A stretch of 64,000 nt of DNA from Patescibacteria group bacterium (GTDB lineage Bacteria; Patescibacteriota; Patescibacteriia; UBA9934), in contig JBAYHK010000005.1 in assembly GCA_041666145.1 (NCBI GenBank), positions 8,921-72,920 on the forward strand, in the 5' to 3' direction. Position numbers and translations under genes: made by a program. Each line of letters starts with the position of its first letter. The stretch's first letter is position 1. Positions 40,241-49,329 of the stretch are shown in pieces. The notes beneath the pieces are model-generated. The model had not been told where the DNA came from. It saw only the letters and a list, made by a program, of their open reading frames with translations, and did not search any database.

Positions 40241-41110
40241 TCATTCTATTTTTTTTTCAACAATCCTGAGTTTTGCGCTCCGCGAACGAGGATTGAATCT
40301 TTGTTCTTCTAGAGACGCAACAATCGGCCTTTTCGTAACTGAATGAATGTCTTCACGCTCTTTACACCAAACTTTTATTAACCGATCCTCAAGTGAATGA
40401 AAGGTGATTATCGCGAATCGTCCTCCGGGACGCAATACATCCACAATACCGACAAGCCCCTTTTCTATCTCCCCAAGCTCATCATTCACGACAATGCGCA
40501 ATGCTTGAAAAACTCTTGTAGCTGGATGTATTTTTCCGGTTCGAGGGATGACGCTAGTAACAACAGCCGCAAGCTCACCAGTCGTAGTAATTCTAGAAAT
40601 TCGTCTAGCATCGAAAATAGCCTTAGCAACAATCGAAGCACGCACCTCCTCGCCATATCGTCGAAAAATCGTTGCAAGATCATCCCTGCTCCACGAATTC
40701 ACGATTTCTTCTGCGGATAAATCCTGACGAACGTCATAACGCATATCTAATGGCCCATCATTCATGAAAGAAAATCCGCGCGAAGCGTCATCAACGTGAA
40801 CGGAGGAAAAACCCAGATCAATAAACGCGGCATCAAATATTCCAACCGAATGAAGCGCAACATTCCCAAACGAATCGTGAATAAACCTCACTCGGGAATC
40901 AAATATGGCAAGGCTTTCCTTCGCGGTGATCAGATTACGATCATCACGATCGAATGCGACAAGCTCACCATCTGGCGATGTCGCAGAAAGGATCAAGGCT
41001 GCATGACCGCCAAGACCTACCGTTCCATCCATCACTCGACTACCCGAACGAAGCAATAAGCCTTCGAGTACCTCTTTTGCAAGAACTGGAATATGAGCGT
41101 TACCGGACAT
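40241..41110 (-). CDS. rsmH: 16S rRNA m4C1402 methyltransferase
   Basis: HIPVL, GLGGHA, GPLDMR, FHSLEDR, NPRSRSAKLR. Confidence 0.97.
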   Translation of the reverse strand: MSGNAHIPVLAKEVLEGLLLRSGSRVMDGTVGLGGHAALILSATSPDGELVAFDRDDRNLITAKESLAIFDSRVRFIHDSFGNVALHSVGIFDAAFIDLGFSSVHVDDASRGFSFMNDGPLDMRYDVRQDLSAEEIVNSWSRDDLATIFRRYGEEVRASIVAKAIFDARRISRITTTGELAAVVTSVIPRTGKIHPATRVFQALRIVVNDELGEIEKGLVGIVDVLRPGGRFAIITFHSLEDRLIKVWCKEREDIHSVTKRPIVASLEEQRFNPRSRSAKLRIVEKKIE

Positions 41111-41114
41111 ATGG

Positions 41115-41546
41115 CTATATGTTCAATCCACCAAGCTCCTCTGCAATCCTTTCCGCATCTTTCTCTGTCTGTGCAACATACGTCGTCCAGCGTTCCATGT
41201 CCCAAAGTTCTAATCGCGTATTAACGCCAACAATAACGACATCTTTTTTTAGCCCTGCATACTGACGAAGATACCCAGGCACAATGCATCTTCCCTGTTT
41301 GTCCAATGCCACGTCCATTGCACCAGCAAGCATGAGTCTGGCGAATGCACGGGCATTGGACTGTCCCAAGGGCAAATTTGCGAGTGACACTGCAAGCTTG
41401 CCCCACTCCTCCATAGGAAGCAGGAATAATGAAGAGTCCAAACCTCGCGTTACCACCGCACCACACGCAAGTGCTTCTCGAAACTTCATAGGGACGGCAA
41501 GCCGTCCTTTGTCGTCGATAGTGTGATTGTATTGACCAAGGAACAT
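41115..41546 (-). CDS. mraZ: Transcriptional regulator MraZ
   Basis: MFLGQY.HTIDDKGRL, LDKQGR, RLELW. Confidence 0.97.
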   Translation of the reverse strand: MFLGQYNHTIDDKGRLAVPMKFREALACGAVVTRGLDSSLFLLPMEEWGKLAVSLANLPLGQSNARAFARLMLAGAMDVALDKQGRCIVPGYLRQYAGLKKDVVIVGVNTRLELWDMERWTTYVAQTEKDAERIAEELGGLNI

Positions 41547-41620
41547 GGCCGGTGGTTTTTTAAGCCGTCACGAGACGGAGGGGAATTCTCCAAAAATTCT
41601 TCGTTTGCAAAAACGTCTAC

Positions 41621-41706
41621 GCACAATCCCCACTTTGTGCCTTCTTGCTCCACTTTACTCCTCCCATGGCCAGTAAACAAAAAAAATAGGCAAATATTGT
41701 GGATAA
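41621..41706 (-). promoter_or_regulatory. Probable MraZ-binding GTGG repeats plus a DnaA box upstream of mraZ
   Basis: Minus-strand AAAGTGG at 41656-41650 and 41636-41630 (20-nt spacing); TTATCCACA at 41706-41698. Confidence 0.6.
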
Positions 41707-41729
41707 AGCCTATCTTTGTTCTATTTCTT

Positions 41730-43046
41730 TTAAATACCAGAATTCCGAGATCGAAGAACTCTGTGATACACACCAGCAAATCGATGAGCCTCATCTCTAG
41801 CAAGTTGAAATAATGCACGATGCGATTTAACGACTCTGCAAAGCTCTGCATCGTCTAAATCATAAATGAATCGATCCTGCTTTCGATCAAATCCCTTAGC
41901 AATCCCGACTACCGGAATCTCGACGCCGAACTCTTTCAAAACCTCTGTCACTCTATTTGTCTGTCCCTCCCCTCCATCAATAACAAACACGTCCGGCAAA
42001 GACCACACATTGGGTGATGTTCGAAAACGATTCAATCGCCGACGCATCACCTCTTCCATAGCTGCAACATCATTAACACCTTCAAAACTTTTTATCCGAA
42101 ACTTTCTATACGCCGACTTATTCGGCTTGCCGTTTTCAAAAACAACCATTGACGCAACAGTTGAGGTTCCGCCTATATGTGCAATGTCATATGCTTCAAT
42201 TCGACCAAACAGGTTTAGTCTTCCGCCTTCAATAACAATGTTTTTACCAACAATATCCCAGTCATCTTCTCGCATAATCAATGCCACATCGTTCACATGT
42301 TCTAACGCGTCAATCTTGTTGCGTAAATCTGCAGCAGTCTCAAAATCCTTCATGATTGCCGCATGCCGCATATCACGACCCATCTGTCTTATGACGGATG
42401 TTTTCTTTCCTTCAAAAAATTTTATGAGTTGACCGATAATTCTTCGATATTCTTTTTTTGAAATCTCTCCAGTACAAACACCAGGACATCGGCCTATCTG
42501 CGCATCAAAACATTGACGACCTCCATTCTTGTACTCACACAAACTCCAAGGAATCGATCGACGAATAAGATCCAACGCAATCCGTAATGATCGACTACTA
42601 ATATAAGGACCAAAAACCGCAAGAAACTTTTTTTTCGCAACCGAAGAAAGTGTTTTTGTAAACGGCCGGATTCCCATGCGCTCAAGATCTAAACCGCGCA
42701 AAAAGATTGGCTTGGGATAGTCCTCATTTGTAATACACAAATATAAAAAACTTTTATCATCTCGAGAAAGGACATTGTACGGTGGCTGAAATGCACGAAT
42801 CTGATTTGACTCCAAAACAAGCGCTTCAATAACCGTCGCAGTTTGGATGTAATCAATACGTGCAATATTTAAAACAAGATCTGAAATTCGTGCGTTGTGA
42901 GCCTTAACAAAATACGATCCTACACGTTTTTTTAGACTTGTAGCCTTTCCAATATATAAAAGTTTTCCATGTAAATCGTAATAAAAATACACACCAGGCG
43001 CATCTGGGAGCTCTTGATTGAGAATGTGAATCGACGAAGGAATCAT
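41730..43046 (-). CDS. uvrC: UvrC-like excinuclease (short form, no C-terminal HhH)
   Basis: PGVY..LLYIGKA..L..RV, UVR motif FE.AA.LR, IEAYDI, IDGG.GQ, RDEAHRFA. Confidence 0.88.
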   Translation of the reverse strand: MIPSSIHILNQELPDAPGVYFYYDLHGKLLYIGKATSLKKRVGSYFVKAHNARISDLVLNIARIDYIQTATVIEALVLESNQIRAFQPPYNVLSRDDKSFLYLCITNEDYPKPIFLRGLDLERMGIRPFTKTLSSVAKKKFLAVFGPYISSRSLRIALDLIRRSIPWSLCEYKNGGRQCFDAQIGRCPGVCTGEISKKEYRRIIGQLIKFFEGKKTSVIRQMGRDMRHAAIMKDFETAADLRNKIDALEHVNDVALIMREDDWDIVGKNIVIEGGRLNLFGRIEAYDIAHIGGTSTVASMVVFENGKPNKSAYRKFRIKSFEGVNDVAAMEEVMRRRLNRFRTSPNVWSLPDVFVIDGGEGQTNRVTEVLKEFGVEIPVVGIAKGFDRKQDRFIYDLDDAELCRVVKSHRALFQLARDEAHRFAGVYHRVLRSRNSGI

Positions 43047-43078
43047 GCCAATACCTTACCCGAACATCCAAAACACTG

Positions 43079-44212
43079 CTACCCAAAAATCGTCATAATC
43101 ATAATCGCAAAAAAGGCACAAAATGTAATACCAACAAAAATCTGAGGGATTCGGAGACTGTTCCGTGGCAGCTCCGAACTCATCCGCGCACGCTCATACG
43201 CAACAAGAAGAGCTATTGCAGTAATCGAGCCCAGAATGCCTCCTGTTACAGAAAGAATAGACAAGAGAGAGTTGACTCCAAGAAAGAGAAAAACGAGCGG
43301 AACCGTCATAGTTAAAGACCATGCCGGAATAAATCGCAAACGAAAATCAAACAAAAACGTATTCGTTAATGAAGATGCAATATTCATGAAAGCAGAAAAT
43401 ACCACAATAAGTGCGATGACTGAGGCTAGAATGTACACGCCGCTACCAAGAACATTGTTCAAACCAAGAATTGCATTCTCCGAAGTTGCATCTCCAGTAA
43501 CACCGACTATAGAGAATACAAAAATTCCATAAATACCCAACACAACAGCCAAGGAACGACGGATGACTTGAGGCAGTAAAAATGCCGACCTTCCGAGCAA
43601 ATCACGAGCCTCTGGAATCGCAGAAATTCCATGAAATGCGAAAACCATCACTCCGAAAGCTACGCCAAGATGTTCAGGCGCAAAACCAAAAAAATTCGGC
43701 CAATGAATACTCGGAATTGCGGAAATAGCCAAGACGACAATAAGACAGAAAAAAATGGGAAGTAAAATGCGCTGAATCCGTGAGACAAAAAAAGTTCCTC
43801 CGACTGTACTCAATGCTGCGATAACAAAAAATGCTAAAGTCGCCGTAAGGGGCGTCAAGGGAAGAAATGAGAACGTTACTATTCTTAAAAACTGCCCACC
43901 GAAAATACAATACGCAAGTAATGCTCCATAAATACTCGCAATGTATGCGGTGGCAGCGATAAACGTTCCAAAATGTCCCAACTCACGACCGACAACCTGA
44001 ATAAATCTCGCTTTACCGCCACGAACAAGCACAAGATCTGCGTACAACGTAAGAAGAATCGTGCTCAAAAGAGCCACAACGAATAAAAGCGCAGCCCCAA
44101 GACTAAAACCGACCTGAGCAACGACAAAAGGCAATGACAGCATTCCAACACCAACTGTCGTGCCAATAATTACACGAGAAGCACGAGCTTTTACAACGGA
44201 AACTGAAGGCAT
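43079..44212 (-). CDS. Aromatic amino acid permease family transporter
   Basis: IGTTVGVGMLSLP, FAFHG..AIPE, ~11 TM. Confidence 0.82.
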   Translation of the reverse strand: MPSVSVVKARASRVIIGTTVGVGMLSLPFVVAQVGFSLGAALLFVVALLSTILLTLYADLVLVRGGKARFIQVVGRELGHFGTFIAATAYIASIYGALLAYCIFGGQFLRIVTFSFLPLTPLTATLAFFVIAALSTVGGTFFVSRIQRILLPIFFCLIVVLAISAIPSIHWPNFFGFAPEHLGVAFGVMVFAFHGISAIPEARDLLGRSAFLLPQVIRRSLAVVLGIYGIFVFSIVGVTGDATSENAILGLNNVLGSGVYILASVIALIVVFSAFMNIASSLTNTFLFDFRLRFIPAWSLTMTVPLVFLFLGVNSLLSILSVTGGILGSITAIALLVAYERARMSSELPRNSLRIPQIFVGITFCAFFAIMIMTIFG

Positions 44213-44318
44213 AATTACGTATATTGTAGCATGGCATGTTGAAAATCTTGTTATCCCCCTCCCGCCCACACTCTCTCCACTTCCACCAAAAAGCATGGAC
44301 GTTTACTATGACCACACT

Positions 44319-45797
44319 ATGGTTGATGGCGGCAGAATTCCTCCTCATAACCTTGAAGCCGAGCGCTCATTGCTTGGTGCACTTTTGCTTGATCAAGATG
44401 TTCTTCTCAAAATCGGCGACACGCTGAGAAGCGAAGATTTTTACAAAGATTCTCATCGGCTCATGTATGAAACGATGCTTGAACTCGTAGATCGCCACGA
44501 GCCAATCGATGTACTCACACTCGGGAATCGACTTGAAGAAAAAGGTGTTCTCAAACAAATCGGCGGCCGCACAGCGCTCGTTGAGCTCACCAATGCAATC
44601 ACCACGGCAGCGCATGTTGCGCACCATGCAGAAATCATCGCAAAAAAAGCAGCGCTCCGTCGTCTTCTCCATGCAGCAAGCGACATCACGGATCTTGGAT
44701 TTGATGAATCACAAGATGTTGACGTCCTTCTGGACGAAGCCGAACGCCGTCTCTTTAATGTTTCACAAAACTTCATTAAACAATCGTTCGTCCCTCTTCA
44801 TAGCGTTCTCACGCAGGCGTTCGATCGTATCGACGAGCTTCATCGCGAACGAGGCAAGCTTCGTGGCGTACCAACAGGATTCGTCGGAATCGATAATCTT
44901 CTCGCTGGATTGCAAAATTCTGATCTTATTATTTTAGGTGCACGTCCTTCTGTTGGAAAAACCTCCTTCGCTCTAGACATCATGAGAAGCGTCGCACTAA
45001 AAACGAATAAACCCGTTGGATTTTTTAGCTTAGAAATGGCCAAGGAGCAACTCGTTGATCGTCTCATCTCTTCTGAAGCAAATGTTGACTTATGGAAGCT
45101 TCGCACCGGGCGACTTTCAGAAAGTGCCGATGACTTTCCACGTATTGGCGACGCGCTTGGCAGACTCGCAGAAGCACCAATTTTTATTGACGATTCTCCA
45201 ATAGCAACCGTAATGAGCATCCGCACAAAAGCTCGAAGACTCCAAAGCGAACATGGACTTTCCATGATAGTCATTGACTACCTACAGCTCATGGAAGCTA
45301 GAAAGAAAACGGACAATCGCGTGCAAGAAGTCGCAGAGATTAGCAGAGGGCTAAAGCAAATCGCTCGCGAACTCTGCGTTCCAGTCCTTGCTCTTGCACA
45401 GCTCTCTCGTGCCGTCGAAATGACAAAACCGGCAATTCCAAAACTTGCACATCTCCGCGATTCTGGAAGTATTGAACAAGATGCTGACGTTGTGATGTTC
45501 TTATATCGCAAAGCTGCAGATAAGAACTACCAACTCGAAGAACTCACGCCAGAAGAAAAAACGCGCGCCGAAGTCCACATAGCAAAACACCGCAATGGAC
45601 CGACTGGCATGGTTCCGCTTTTCTGGGATGCAACACATGCTTCATTCAAAAATCTTGATAATCGAACTGGAGGGACACCTGTTAATACCACAGCGCCGAA
45701 CATACAGCCATCAAACAATTCAAGAACAGAAAATGTCGGGCTCCCGCCAGGAATTCCACCGAAAAATGCAGGGCTTCCGCCAAAGCGCTCAGCTTGA
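44319..45797 (+). CDS. dnaB: Replicative DNA helicase DnaB
   Basis: PPHNLEAE, GARPSVGKT, FSLEM, IDYLQL, LRDSGSIEQDAD, KHRNGPTG. Confidence 0.98.
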   Translation: MVDGGRIPPHNLEAERSLLGALLLDQDVLLKIGDTLRSEDFYKDSHRLMYETMLELVDRHEPIDVLTLGNRLEEKGVLKQIGGRTALVELTNAITTAAHVAHHAEIIAKKAALRRLLHAASDITDLGFDESQDVDVLLDEAERRLFNVSQNFIKQSFVPLHSVLTQAFDRIDELHRERGKLRGVPTGFVGIDNLLAGLQNSDLIILGARPSVGKTSFALDIMRSVALKTNKPVGFFSLEMAKEQLVDRLISSEANVDLWKLRTGRLSESADDFPRIGDALGRLAEAPIFIDDSPIATVMSIRTKARRLQSEHGLSMIVIDYLQLMEARKKTDNRVQEVAEISRGLKQIARELCVPVLALAQLSRAVEMTKPAIPKLAHLRDSGSIEQDADVVMFLYRKAADKNYQLEELTPEEKTRAEVHIAKHRNGPTGMVPLFWDATHASFKNLDNRTGGTPVNTTAPNIQPSNNSRTENVGLPPGIPPKNAGLPPKRSA

Positions 45798-45839
45798 TAC
45801 GATGCACATTATTCCAATCTTTATCTTTCAAATCTTTTT

Positions 45840-46133
45840 ATGTTCAATAAGCTTAAACAGATCAATGACCTCCGCACACAAAGCAAGCAAATGAAAGCAA
45901 TGCTTGATGAAGTCGTCGTTGTAGGGCAAAGCTCGGGCGGCAAAGTTATGGTCACCGTGAACGGAAGTCATGAAACGCTCGGAGTGCAAGTCGCCGACGA
46001 TCTTGATCACACAAAAATCGCAGAACACATCAAAGCAGCGCTCAATGATGTAAATAGCAAACTTCAAGGAGAGCTTATGAAAAAAATGAAGGAGATGGGC
46101 GGACTAGATGCGTTCAAAAATCTTGGACTGTAA
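45840..46133 (+). CDS. ybaB: YbaB/EbfC nucleoid-associated protein
   Basis: SSGGKVMVTVNG motif; lies before recR. Confidence 0.85.
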   Translation: MFNKLKQINDLRTQSKQMKAMLDEVVVVGQSSGGKVMVTVNGSHETLGVQVADDLDHTKIAEHIKAALNDVNSKLQGELMKKMKEMGGLDAFKNLGL

Positions 46134-46164
46134 AAACTTCTTTTTACTTTTCCAAAAATAATGT

Positions 46165-46764
46165 ATGCGGAAGTTTCCTGTCGCAATCCATCATGCGGTT
46201 TCCGCGCTCGGTCGACTTCCAGGAGTTGGGCCAAAAACTGCACTTCGCTATGCATTTGCACTATTACGATTCTCAAAAAATGATCTTCTTCTCTTAAGCC
46301 GATCCATCGTAGACCTCACAACGATCACAACATGTAAAACATGTTTTACTTATGCAGAAAGCGATACGTGCGACATCTGCGCCGACTCGTCTCGCGACGT
46401 ATCAAAACTTTGCATTGTCGCCGAAGCGCGTGACATTGCCACATTGGAAGCCACGAGCGCATACAAAGGAAAATATTTTGTCCTTGGCGGCGTTTTGAAT
46501 CCAATCGACGGAATGACTCCAGAAACCCTAAACATCCACGAACTCGTTGATCGATTAAAAAATAATCCATCAATTCATGAATGCATTTTAGCCTTTTCGC
46601 CAGACGTCCACGGTGAAACAACAATTCTCTATCTTGCCAGACTTCTCGAACCTTTCAAGGTTTCAACAACTCGACTGGCTCGCGGACTTCCAATGGGAGC
46701 AGACATTGAATATGCAGATGAAGTCACATTAGCAAGTGCAATTTCTGGACGTTCAAAAGCGTAA
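46165..46764 (+). CDS. recR: Recombination mediator RecR
   Basis: LPGVGPKTA, C4 zinc finger, RLARGLPMG.DIEYADE.TL. Confidence 0.96.
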   Translation: MRKFPVAIHHAVSALGRLPGVGPKTALRYAFALLRFSKNDLLLLSRSIVDLTTITTCKTCFTYAESDTCDICADSSRDVSKLCIVAEARDIATLEATSAYKGKYFVLGGVLNPIDGMTPETLNIHELVDRLKNNPSIHECILAFSPDVHGETTILYLARLLEPFKVSTTRLARGLPMGADIEYADEVTLASAISGRSKA

Positions 46765-46784
46765 AGATCGCTCAACATCCTTGT

Positions 46785-47417
46785 CTATTCATCAATGACC
46801 CCTTCTTCAGATTCAATGTTTATTTTTCGTTTTCGATTTTCAAGAACCTGTACAACACAATAAAAAACAATAATCACAAGCATCCCAAGTCCTACCCAAC
46901 GAATCCCACGATGAATCGACGACCAGAATTGTCCAAAAAAGAATCCGACTGCAAGATACGAAATAGACCACAGAATACCACTCACAATATTCATAATCAT
47001 GAATGATCGCCAGCGCATTTTCAGGACTCCGGCAATAAATGGAACGAAAGGACGCAGCGGGCCAAAGAATCTACCGAAAAATACCCCAACAACACCATAA
47101 TCATCCATGAACTTTTCTGCACGATCGATAGCCCTCTGAGAAAAAAGTACAGGAAATCGTTTTGCAGGATTCACTCCTAGGCGTCCAAGAACAAAACTGA
47201 AGATATCTCCCAAAATCGCTCCAATAGCAGCAACGAATGCAGCCGTCTGCATATTAAACAGATGCTGAGAAATCAAAAATCCAAAAATAACTACAAATGT
47301 TGCGCCTGGAATAAGAAGTCCAAAAACAGCAATAGATTCACCAAAAGCAACTGCAAAAAGAAAGGCATATGCCCATCCGCCAAGCTGAGAAAGAAGCGAG
47401 AACCAATGTTCAAACAT
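46785..47417 (-). CDS. DedA family membrane protein
   Basis: ES...G.LIPG, GD..SF.LGR, GRF..PLR..VPF.AG. Confidence 0.92.
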   Translation of the reverse strand: MFEHWFSLLSQLGGWAYAFLFAVAFGESIAVFGLLIPGATFVVIFGFLISQHLFNMQTAAFVAAIGAILGDIFSFVLGRLGVNPAKRFPVLFSQRAIDRAEKFMDDYGVVGVFFGRFFGPLRPFVPFIAGVLKMRWRSFMIMNIVSGILWSISYLAVGFFFGQFWSSIHRGIRWVGLGMLVIIVFYCVVQVLENRKRKINIESEEGVIDE

Positions 47418-47514
47418 ATTGAATGGACTGAGGATAGCGCCGCCATCTCCTTCTTGCCAGAGCCGTCCCGCACATGATACGATTTTCGCGCATTATTCAA
47501 TGCCTTTACACCAT

Positions 47515-47591
47515 GCCGGTGTAGCTCAGATGGTTAGAGCGGCGGTTTTGTAAACCGCAGGTCGTCGGTTCGATTCCGACCCCCGGCTCCA
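47515..47591 (+). tRNA. tRNA-Thr(UGU)
   Basis: Cloverleaf; anticodon arm GCGGT-TTTGTAA-ACCGC; GGTTCGATTCC; encoded CCA. Confidence 0.96.
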
Positions 47592-47647
47592 CTTTTCACT
47601 ACTTTTGAACTTCAAGAAACTGGTCAGGAGATAAAAATGTAACGAGT

Positions 47648-47774
47648 GTAAGACGGAACGATTTGAGACTATTTTCGGTGCGGAGCTAGGAAAGCTCGCG
47701 AAACGTACTTCTTGGTACGTTGAGCGAGTTTCCGACGCGACAAACCGAAAAGAGGCCAAATCGTTCCGTCTTAC
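47648..47774 (+). repeat. Long palindromic element E1
   Basis: Perfect 18-bp terminal IR GTAAGACGGAACGATTTG; apical AACGTAC-TTCTTG-GTACGTT. Confidence 0.85.
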
Positions 47775-47776
47775 CA

Positions 47777-47861
47777 GGGTTGGTACTCAAGCGGTCAACG
47801 AGGGCAGACTGTAAATCTGCTGGGCTTCCCTACGAAGGTTCGAATCCTTCCCAACCCACCA
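47777..47861 (+). tRNA. tRNA-Tyr(GUA)
   Basis: Anticodon arm GCAGA-CTGTAAA-TCTGC, long variable arm, GGTTCGAATCC, CCA. Confidence 0.96.
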
Positions 47862-47862
47862 C

Positions 47863-47987
47863 ATAAAATCCAATAAAATTGTCCGTAGTGTTGTCACCTC
47901 CTGCGTGCGGCCCTCTCCGTACGGCAAAGTACGAATTCGGGCCGTACTCGTCGGCTCCTAGCTACAAACAATTTTATTGGATTTTAT
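47863..47987 (-). repeat. Long palindromic element E2 (inverted orientation)
   Basis: Perfect 20-bp terminal IR ATAAAATCCAATAAAATTGT; apical CGTAC-N6-GTACG; the minus strand shares TAGGAGCC with E4. Confidence 0.85.
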
Positions 47988-48023
47988 TCACTCGTTCTCG
48001 TTTTGCTAAAAACCGATACAAGA

Positions 48024-48425
48024 CAAGTGCAAAATGAATTAAGCTTGGTCAGATTCTCAGAGCGAGTAGTTCATAAGTCCTATTGGTCTTATAGGACCTA
48101 TGAGCGAGCGACGACGAAGCTGGTCAAACTTGGATACCTTTTGCCCAGTGCAACATTTGCTAAGTTTGTTTACTGCTAGGAGCCACGAGGACCGAAGCGA
48201 GACGTACTTCACAGTACATTGAGCGAGGACCACAGTGGCGACACGACAAGAAACAAGTCAAGTGCAGAAATAATTAAGTTTGTTTAAATGCAAGGCGGAG
48301 CGAGGACGGTTACGACGTCTCCGGCTAAGCCGGATCCGGCTTCGCCGGAAAGACGTACTTCACGGTACGTCGTCGATCGCCCGCAGCGACAACGCCGCAG
48401 TTAAACAAACTTGGATTATTTCTGC
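48024..48425 (+). repeat. Three tandem related palindromic elements E3-E5
   Basis: Each starts with AGTGCA-N-TAAGYTTGKT (near 48026, 48147, 48261); E3 and E5 end with CAAACTTGGAT..TYTGC; E4 and E5 carry GACGTACTTCAC.GTAC. Confidence 0.75.
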
Positions 48426-48499
48426 CGCGGTAGCTCAGCTGGTAGAGCGCATCCATGGTAAGGATGAGGTCTCGGGTTCGATTCCCGACCGTGGCTCCA
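48424..48499 (+). tRNA. tRNA-Thr(GGU)
   Basis: Anticodon arm CATCC-ATGGTAA-GGATG; GGTTCGATTCC; CCA. Confidence 0.96.
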
Positions 48500-48529
48500 A
48501 AAATCCCTCGCATTGTGCGAGGGATTTTT
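48500..48529. terminator. Bidirectional intrinsic terminator after the tRNA cluster
   Basis: AAAATCCCTCGCA-TTG-TGCGAGGGATTTTT. Confidence 0.85.
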
Positions 48530-48546
48530 GATTGCATACACCGATA

Positions 48547-49257
48547 CTACACTTCAGGACTCAAAATAGTTTCCGAAATAACCTTATACCGTAAATGGAT
48601 AAAGGAATCTTTCAGTGTTGTACAAGAGATCAAATGAAGCGCTTTTACATTCGATAATTCATCTGGAGAGTGTATAGCCTTGCCATCAATAAGCGTCGAG
48701 ACTCCAGCCCCGCCTACTGCGAGCGGAGCAACGACGATAGACATTTCATCGATGAGCCCCGAACGCAACAACGTTCCATTCAGCGTGCCACCGGTCTGGA
48801 TAGTCATTCGCTCAATGCCGTGCTCTTGCCCGAGAACCTCAAAAAGCTTTTCAAAGTCCACCTCAGGCCACACAAGTGTTTGCACATTTCCGCCAAAAGC
48901 CCGAGCTGGATGATCAGGATTTGTCGTCACCACAATGACGCGCTCGAGCCAACTGGAAAGATAGCGCAATCCCTTTTCATGAAGATGTGGCTTGTTGTCG
49001 ATAATGACTCCAGTAACAGGAATGTGTTCAGCAATCGGTTCGCGTTCATTCATTCCTATCTTTTCAAAGACCCTTCCGCTTTGCAGAAAACAAGGGTCTG
49101 TCTGCTGCTCAAGATCGTAATACTGACACAAGCCTTCTTTCACGCCTTGAATACGCTTCCAATCTTTATCTGAATCAAGAACATCAGAGTCTCCGCTTGT
49201 AATCTTGCCATCAACGGACATGAGCATGAACAATATTGTATAGGGACGATTAGTCAT
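48547..49257 (-). CDS. RibD C-terminal/dihydrofolate reductase-like protein
   Basis: MSVDGKI, TGGTLNG.LL..GLIDE, APL.VGG. Confidence 0.85.
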   Translation of the reverse strand: MTNRPYTILFMLMSVDGKITSGDSDVLDSDKDWKRIQGVKEGLCQYYDLEQQTDPCFLQSGRVFEKIGMNEREPIAEHIPVTGVIIDNKPHLHEKGLRYLSSWLERVIVVTTNPDHPARAFGGNVQTLVWPEVDFEKLFEVLGQEHGIERMTIQTGGTLNGTLLRSGLIDEMSIVVAPLAVGGAGVSTLIDGKAIHSPDELSNVKALHLISCTTLKDSFIHLRYKVISETILSPEV

Positions 49258-49329
49258 AATGTCTCTAGTGTGTGAGATCCAAAATATAATTGCAAGCCAA
49301 ACATAGCGTCCCAATACCACAATAGTCCC

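Noticed and set aside
38181-41706. Replication origin
   Set aside because: Only two isolated DnaA boxes 3.5 kb apart; no dnaA or box cluster
44160-44318. N-terminal extension of DnaB in the ORF track
   Set aside because: It overlaps the divergent transporter start; DnaB homology begins at ATG 44319
47862-48423. tRNA-Gly, tRNA intron or CRISPR between Tyr and Thr
   Set aside because: No cloverleaf or T-loop; all three tRNAs are uninterrupted; the units are long diverged palindromes rather than identical repeats
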